Source of the DNA: Candidatus Undinarchaeota archaeon
GTDB lineage: Archaea; SpSt-1190
DNA length: 10,029 bases
NCBI GenBank assembly: GCA_964549355.1
Contig: CAZJUS010000030.1
Location: forward strand, 1-10,029
Direction of reading: 5' to 3'
Under the pieces are notes generated by a model that was not told the origin of the DNA, did no database searches, and saw only the letters and a list, made by a program, of their open reading frames with translations. The position numbers were made by a program, and so were the translations under genes. Positions 1 to 4,528 of the stretch are shown here, one piece after another. Each line of letters begins with the position of its first letter. The first letter of the stretch is position 1.

Positions 1-443
1 CTGAACTCCTTCTTCAGGGCTTCCTTGAAAGCCCCTGCCTGTTCTTCCGCCAACGGTATTTCTTTCATCTTGGTGGGTCCAGGAGAAACCCTCCTGCCAT
101 CCACTTTCCAGTGGAGGATGGGAGGCTGCCCCCAATCGGGGTCCGTCCTGTACCGGGGGTATATGTGCCAGTGGATGTGGGGCTCCCAGTTGCCGAGGAG
201 CTGGTAGTTGAGGCGGTCGGGCCTGAAGACCCTGTCCACGGCCCGGGCCGTCTTCATTACATCAGACCACAGGGCATTCTGGATGCGGGGCGGGAGCTCC
301 CGTATGTCCTCGACATGCTCGCGGTATATGATTTTCACATGTCCCGGGTGGAGCTGGCTGCCAAACATAATAAAACTGACAGGGGTGCGGTGGAGAATCT
401 TCTCTTCAGGTATGTTGCAGTACTTGCAGCTGTCACGACCCAC
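1..443 (-). CDS. HIT (histidine triad) family nucleotide hydrolase, 3'-truncated by the window edge
   Basis: Hand translation from GTG at 443: MGRDSCKYCNIPEEKILHRTPVSFIMFGSQLHPGHVKIIYREHVEDIRELPPRIQNALWSDVMKTARAVDRVFRPDRLNYQLLGNWEPHIHWHIYPRYRTDPDWGQPP...EALKKEF. It has an N-terminal CxxC, a PGH motif and the HxHxH triad (HIHWHIYPRY). The frame is open to position 1. A TATA-like box lies 26 nt upstream. Confidence 0.92.
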   Translation of the reverse strand, partial: MGRDSCKYCNIPEEKILHRTPVSFIMFGSQLHPGHVKIIYREHVEDIRELPPRIQNALWSDVMKTARAVDRVFRPDRLNYQLLGNWEPHIHWHIYPRYRTDPDWGQPPILHWKVDGRRVSPGPTKMKEIPLAEEQAGAFKEALKKEF

Positions 444-461
444 ATAAAACACATAAGGAGT

Positions 462-476
462 TGTAAAAATGGGTTG
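462..476 (-). promoter_or_regulatory. Putative BRE/TATA for the HIT gene
   Basis: Minus strand reads CAACCC-A-TTTTTACA. The first T (469) is 26 nt upstream of GTG 443, the same spacing as other promoters in the window. Confidence 0.5.
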
Positions 477-483
477 CCATCGG

Positions 484-1020
484 CTATCTGTCCGAAGGTC
501 CAAGTGTCTCCGGCCCGACGCCTGCATCAACGAGCAGCTGAGGGATGCCTTTGCTGCTGGTGGCAAACTTGGAGAGCCCCAGGTCAAGTATGGTCTTCTC
601 TATGGCTTCCGGAGGGCCTTCAAGTTCGAGATACGGTTTGAGGGGAGGGAGCTCAATCAGGTCGCATTTCACCCCATTCATTTCAAAAATCCGCCTGTGC
701 TTCTTGTAGCGGTAGTATTCCATGCCGGCGCACAAGCGGGTGATGACGCGGATGGCGGCTTCCGCGTCGGATACTTCAAACTCAGTCTCCTGCGCCACCT
801 TGAAACGGCCCTGTCGGATTCTGTGTTTGTAAGTCAGGACGCTCCGGTCTTTCATTTTCCTGACGCGGACCACCTCTCTCGGACCCGGAAGGACTACAAA
901 ATCCTCCTGGTCCTGGACTCTCGGGACGATGCCGTGTTTGGAAAGAATTCGGAGGATGCCCTGATGGTCTATGTCCAATACCTTAAGCTCAATCTCGAGG
1001 TGGGGCTTTTTCGGGGGCAT
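484..1020 (-). CDS. CYTH / triphosphate tunnel metalloenzyme (class IV adenylate cyclase-like)
   Basis: N-terminal ExExK motif (HLEIELKV), then QEDF, VRVRK, LTYK, ETEFEV, KKHR and YLELEG. ATG 1020 (MPPKK..., 178 aa) is preferred over GTG 1029 because of TATA spacing. Confidence 0.88.
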   Translation of the reverse strand: MPPKKPHLEIELKVLDIDHQGILRILSKHGIVPRVQDQEDFVVLPGPREVVRVRKMKDRSVLTYKHRIRQGRFKVAQETEFEVSDAEAAIRVITRLCAGMEYYRYKKHRRIFEMNGVKCDLIELPPLKPYLELEGPPEAIEKTILDLGLSKFATSSKGIPQLLVDAGVGPETLGPSDR

Positions 1021-1042
1021 ATTTTCCACTGTTGCCGTTTCA

Positions 1043-1054
1043 TTATATATTTAA
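1043..1054. promoter_or_regulatory. Shared, overlapping TATA element between the divergent CYTH and 1075-1503 genes
   Basis: TTATATATTTAA is the only strongly AT-rich block in the 54-nt spacer. It is centred between ATG 1020 (-) and ATG 1075 (+). Confidence 0.6.
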
Positions 1055-1074
1055 GTCCAAAGACCTACGACTCC

Positions 1075-1503
1075 ATGCCCGAAAAAGAACAGTACCTGCT
1101 GGCGTATGCCCGCAGGGAAGACGGCCAGGACCTGCTCATGCTTTTCAACTACAGGAATATCAAGGCGATCCTGCTGAAGGAAATCCCCGAAGGCTTCGGC
1201 ATTGATGATTTGCTCCTTCAGACCAAAAAGGACAGTCAATTTTCATTTGAATACAAGTTCGCATCCGGAGGCATGCCGCAGGGCCACGGCCTCGCAGTGA
1301 AGGATGACGAAGATTATATTGCTGTTGTCGGCAGCCTCGCCGAGCCAAAGGAAGGAACAATGCTTGTGAAAACAGTGTATGACGTCAGCAACAAGCGGAG
1401 TGTGAATGAAAAATACAGAGAATCTCATTTCAAAAATATGGAAACTATTGTGCCGCTGGCAGTTGGGGGGAATGAAATTCTTGAAGCCTACAAGGAAGTG
1501 TAA
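1075..1503 (+). CDS. Hypothetical protein (142 aa, soluble alpha/beta)
   Basis: This is the 3' part of track ORF 469..1503. ATG 1075 (MPEKEQYLL...) follows the TATA block, and the upstream extension is only antisense to CYTH. Composition is protein-like, and it fills the gap to the convergent ArsR gene. Confidence 0.8.
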   Translation: MPEKEQYLLAYARREDGQDLLMLFNYRNIKAILLKEIPEGFGIDDLLLQTKKDSQFSFEYKFASGGMPQGHGLAVKDDEDYIAVVGSLAEPKEGTMLVKTVYDVSNKRSVNEKYRESHFKNMETIVPLAVGGNEILEAYKEV

Positions 1504-1517
1504 AGCGCGCTGACTTT

Positions 1518-2003
1518 TCAAAATTCAATTCTCCTCGCGCGCGCCAGCAGTCTGCTGGTTTCAACCCATTCGGTTTCCAGTTCACGGAGGCGCTTCTTCA
1601 GGCGCGCCCGGATTTTCTCCAGCTCGACCTGGCGGTGGCCGGGAGGCATGGCCTCAAGCTCGTCGAGCCGGTTGTGAATTTTCTCCATCTTGGGGAGCTC
1701 GCGGAGAGCCTTCACCTCGCGGAATTCAACATTCATAGGGGAGATTGTGAATTTGAAAAACCCTGCATCTTCGATTTCGTAGTATTTGCGGGGGCGCCCT
1801 TTCTTGATGGGGCGCTCTGTTGACACAACGAGGCCTGCATCTTCAAGGCTGGAGAGGTGGTCAATAACTGCCTTCCGGCCAACATCCAGCAGTTCTGCAA
1901 TTTCAGAAACAAAGCGCGGGCGCTCGGACAAAAGTTCAAGCATGCGCCGGCGCGTGGCGCATCCCAAGAGGTCAAGAAGAGCCTCGGCGTCCGCTGGGTG
2001 CAT
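1518..2003 (-). CDS. ArsR-family winged-HTH transcriptional regulator (archaeal COG1777-like) with C-terminal coiled coil
   Basis: LLDLLGCATRRRMLELLSERPRFVSEIAELLDVGRKAVIDHLSSLEDAGLV...GRPRKYYEI matches the archaeal ArsR pattern. The C-terminus is heptad-like (LEKIRARLKKRLRELETEW). Confidence 0.92.
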   Translation of the reverse strand: MHPADAEALLDLLGCATRRRMLELLSERPRFVSEIAELLDVGRKAVIDHLSSLEDAGLVVSTERPIKKGRPRKYYEIEDAGFFKFTISPMNVEFREVKALRELPKMEKIHNRLDELEAMPPGHRQVELEKIRARLKKRLRELETEWVETSRLLARARRIEF

Positions 2004-2010
2004 TTTGGTT

Positions 2011-2015
2011 ACCTC
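2011..2015 (-). promoter_or_regulatory. Shine-Dalgarno-like site for the ArsR gene
   Basis: GAGGT on the minus strand, 7 nt before ATG 2003. The likely TATA (TTTTTTAAA from 2046) is about 43 nt upstream, so this mRNA probably has a leader. Confidence 0.5.
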
Positions 2016-2036
2016 GATTATCTAAAGTCGGCACAA

Positions 2037-2062
2037 CTTTAAAAAACTGCAGTATTTTAAAG
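2037..2062. promoter_or_regulatory. 26-bp near-perfect palindrome containing back-to-back TATA boxes; candidate ArsR operator
   Basis: CTTTAAAAAACTG|CAGTATTTTAAAG: 12 of 13 positions pair, with only A2045/A2054 mismatched. It lies between the divergent ArsR (-) and 2081 (+) starts. Confidence 0.7.
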
Positions 2063-2080
2063 CTGGAAGACTTGCACTGG

Positions 2081-2425
2081 ATGCCGAAAAAAGAGTTCCA
2101 TGAAATCCTCGGCGACCTTGAGGTGTTAAAAGCCCAGTTCAAAAGAGGGGTCGCTTCTGAAGAGGACTGGAGGAGGAGCATCTCAGAATTTCTGAAACCA
2201 TATGTCGAAACAGAAATAGAACGGCTTTACGGAGAAAATAAATTCAGCGAAGTGGTGGCATACGGCAGCTTCTATCTGGAAATTGCAAAAGGGCTCTCGG
2301 GCAAAGATATAGAGCTCAGCTCGCAGACCATGTCGTATATCGAAGATTCCCGGGAATATGCGGACCTGATGAATAAAGAGCTGGACAAAGAGCTGAAGCA
2401 GTTCAATAAAATAACGCATTCTTGA
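2081..2425 (+). CDS. Hypothetical helical protein A (114 aa), probable paralog of 2477-2863
   Basis: ATG 2081 (MPKKEFHEIL...) lies 26 nt after TTTTAAA at 2055. The sequence is charged and amphipathic-helical, and it aligns by eye with the next ORF. Confidence 0.82.
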   Translation: MPKKEFHEILGDLEVLKAQFKRGVASEEDWRRSISEFLKPYVETEIERLYGENKFSEVVAYGSFYLEIAKGLSGKDIELSSQTMSYIEDSREYADLMNKELDKELKQFNKITHS

Positions 2426-2444
2426 TGCCGGCAAAATCTGGGAC

Positions 2445-2457
2445 CAAAGGTTTTAAA
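2445..2457 (+). promoter_or_regulatory. Putative BRE/TATA for the 2477 gene
   Basis: CAAAGG-TTTTAAA with the TATA at 2451, exactly 26 nt before ATG 2477. Same box and spacing as for gene A. Confidence 0.65.
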
Positions 2458-2476
2458 CTTTGAAACCTCAGACTCA

Positions 2477-2863
2477 ATGGAAACTGAAGAGCTGGTTGCG
2501 CAGATTAAAATTCGCCAGGAGGAGTTTGAAAAAAGCTCGTGGCTGTTTGACTCGCTTGAATCCTTCTACCGAAATAAGAGTGATGAGGAGCGAAAAATTC
2601 TGGAGCCTGTGTATTTGCATGTTAAAAAATACCAAGAAGAGAGGGACGCCGGCAGGAGGCGGATTGCAGGCACACTCAAAGACCTTGTTGATTTGAAAGT
2701 CGAACAGCTTTACAGGACTGAAGACAAAAACTATTCGGAGATAATCAACCTCGTGGACGCATATGAAGACTTCAGGGAAACTTCTGAACTCTTTGCAGAT
2801 GTTGTGCTTTCAGAGCGGACACTTTCAAGGTATCGGGAAGCTCTTGAACATTCTAAAAGCTGA
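2477..2863 (+). CDS. Hypothetical helical protein B (128 aa), probable paralog of 2081-2425
   Basis: ATG start with its own TATA box. E/K/R/L-rich helical composition, and it shares a motif pattern with gene A. Confidence 0.85.
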   Translation: METEELVAQIKIRQEEFEKSSWLFDSLESFYRNKSDEERKILEPVYLHVKKYQEERDAGRRRIAGTLKDLVDLKVEQLYRTEDKNYSEIINLVDAYEDFRETSELFADVVLSERTLSRYREALEHSKS

Positions 2864-2873
2864 AGCAATACAC

Positions 2874-2886
2874 AAACCATTATTAC
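2874..2886 (+). promoter_or_regulatory. Putative BRE/TATA for the site-2 protease gene
   Basis: AAACCA-TTATTAC, 27 nt before GTG 2907. Nearly identical to AAACCA-TATTAC upstream of 8476. Confidence 0.45.
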
Positions 2887-2906
2887 TGCCGAATCCGGGT
2901 TAGGGT

Positions 2907-3917
2907 GTGGTCGAAGTCAAATTCCAGTTCCCCATGCTCATGGCCCAGTTCCGGAAGCCGACCAAGTGGATGTGGGACGCCGGCAGGAAATGGGAAAACT
3001 GCTTGAAGAAATTCGGCGATATCGGAATTGTAATAGGCATGTTCTGCATGCCTCTGGCGTTTGCCTTCCTGTTGCAGGCTTCGTGGTCCCTTTTGAGCGG
3101 GGGCGGAGCCCAGATTGCAGTCATGATTCCAGGGGTGGCAGTGCCCGGGACCAACTTCAGACTGCCTGTAGTGGAAGGCCTGGTGGCCATCTTCCTGATT
3201 GCAGTCTTCCATGAAGGCATGCACGGCCTGATGGCTGCCGCCCACGGGGTGAAAAGCAAATTCTCGCTCATCCTGCTCCTGGTGATCCCCGCTGCAGGTG
3301 TGGAGATTGATGAAAAGGTGCTGGCAGACATGAAAAAGAAGGACAGGCTGAGGGTGCTGTCTGCAGGCTCGATGGGCAACTTCATACTGGCCCTGCTCGC
3401 CGTTGGCGCATTCTTTATTGCAGCCCCAATAGTGGAGAGCCATGCCGAGTTCCAGGGGGTCGAAATCCTGAATGTGAGCAACCCGGCAATCGGGCTGGCA
3501 CCGGGGGATGTGGTGACAGGCATTGAAGGCAGGCAGGTCAAGGACCTGGAAAGCCTGGTGGAGGCCATGGAAGACGTGGCGGGAGGCCAGGAAATCACAA
3601 TTGAGACTGCCAACGGCACAGTCACAGGCAGGACTGTTGAAGAGGATGGGAAGGCCATGCTGGGTGTGCTGCTGACTCCCAAGATGGAGATGAGCAGGGG
3701 GTGGAGGTATGCAGCACGGGCCACCGGCTTCCTTCTGCTGCTTTTCAACCTCAATCTGGGGGTGGGCATAATAAACCTGCTTCCCGCGGGCTTTCTGGAC
3801 GGCGGGCGCATGCTTGAGGACCTGCTGGGCGAATGGGGCAAAAAAATCGGCAGGGTTGCCCTGTTGCTGTTGCTGGCAAACGTTTTCCTGCCGTATGTCC
3901 TACTTTGGAGTGGATAA
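2907..3917 (+). CDS. Site-2 protease / M50 family intramembrane zinc metalloprotease with PDZ-like insert
   Basis: HEGMH (HExxH) lies within a TM segment, followed by AGSMGN and NLLPAGFLDGG (NxxPxxxLDG). A soluble PDZ-like region (PAIGLAPGDVVTGIEG) sits between the hydrophobic helices. Confidence 0.95.
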   Translation: MVEVKFQFPMLMAQFRKPTKWMWDAGRKWENCLKKFGDIGIVIGMFCMPLAFAFLLQASWSLLSGGGAQIAVMIPGVAVPGTNFRLPVVEGLVAIFLIAVFHEGMHGLMAAAHGVKSKFSLILLLVIPAAGVEIDEKVLADMKKKDRLRVLSAGSMGNFILALLAVGAFFIAAPIVESHAEFQGVEILNVSNPAIGLAPGDVVTGIEGRQVKDLESLVEAMEDVAGGQEITIETANGTVTGRTVEEDGKAMLGVLLTPKMEMSRGWRYAARATGFLLLLFNLNLGVGIINLLPAGFLDGGRMLEDLLGEWGKKIGRVALLLLLANVFLPYVLLWSG

Positions 3918-3928
3918 ACCTTTATAAA
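3916..3928 (+). promoter_or_regulatory. BRE/TATA for tfe
   Basis: AAACC-TTTATAAA is a consensus archaeal TATA 32 nt before ATG 3953. It overlaps the S2P stop codon, and an AT-rich TATATATA follows at 3941-3948. Confidence 0.7.
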
Positions 3929-3952
3929 AAGCCCGCGTGCTATATATAGAGT

Positions 3953-4459
3953 ATGCAGTTGCTGAAGAGTTCTGCTGTGGTCAATGCCCTTGCAGAAGTG
4001 GTGGGAGCCAATTCCCTTGACGTTGTAAGCGAGTTGGTGCAGGAGGAAAGCGTAGATGAATTCTCTCTGGCAGAACGGCTTGGAATGGACGTCAAAGTTG
4101 TAAGGAAAATCCTCTACAACCTGTACGACAACTCTTTGGTTAAATTCCGCAGGTTCAAGGACCAAGAAACCGGCTGGTACATCTATATGTGGAGCTTTGA
4201 AAAGAACAAGCTCACAAGCTTAGTCCAGAAGGTCAGGAGGGAAAAAACCATCAAGATCAAGGAACAGCTGGATATGGAAAAAGACCATCAATTTTTCATG
4301 TGCGAAAGCGGATGCACGCGGGTGCCTTTTGAAAAAGCCATGGAGACAGGTTTTGTATGCCCCCACTGCGGGAGCCGGATGGACTTCAGGGACAACAGCC
4401 ACATAATAAAACAGCTTGAGAAACAGCTGAAGGAAATTGAAAGGACATTCGGGCAGTAA
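3953..4459 (+). CDS. tfe: Transcription factor E, alpha subunit
   Basis: Winged helix (DEFSLAERLGMDVKVVRKILYNLYDNSLV...DQETGWYIYMW) followed by a Zn ribbon (FFMCESGC...FEKAMETGFVCPHCGSRM..DNS). Confidence 0.97.
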   Translation: MQLLKSSAVVNALAEVVGANSLDVVSELVQEESVDEFSLAERLGMDVKVVRKILYNLYDNSLVKFRRFKDQETGWYIYMWSFEKNKLTSLVQKVRREKTIKIKEQLDMEKDHQFFMCESGCTRVPFEKAMETGFVCPHCGSRMDFRDNSHIIKQLEKQLKEIERTFGQ

Positions 4460-4494
4460 GAAGGCAGACGGCGCGTGGATTTCGGGTGGCCGGT

Positions 4495-4507
4495 AAAGGG
4501 TTTTTAA
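4495..4507 (+). promoter_or_regulatory. BRE/TATA for polB
   Basis: AAAGGG-TTTTTAA, 28 nt before GTG 4529. Confidence 0.65.
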
Positions 4508-4528
4508 GCGCCCGGTTGCAGAATTTTT

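Noticed and set aside
90..125. Possible hairpin (TCCACT-TTCC-AGTGGA with flanking CCATCC/GGATGG)
   Set aside because: Short, GC-rich and inside the HIT coding region. There is no evidence for an RNA element.
25..641. Plus-strand ORFs 25..207, 111..641 and 208..447
   Set aside because: Shadows of the minus-strand HIT and CYTH genes, with no recognisable motifs.
469..1074. N-terminal 202 codons of the 344-aa plus-strand ORF
   Set aside because: Lies antisense to the motif-bearing CYTH gene and runs through the TATA block. ATG 1075 is the better start.
2643..2988. Exact 15-bp direct repeat GGGACGCCGGCAGGA at 2643-2657 and 2974-2988
   Set aside because: Both copies are inside coding sequence and encode DAGR. 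There are only two copies and no integrase or transposase nearby, so chance is plausible in GC-rich DNA.
2900..4165. 421-aa minus-strand ORF (and 2883..3443)
   Set aside because: Antisense shadow of S2P and tfe. It is S/P/T-rich with no motifs, as expected opposite GC3-rich coding sequence.
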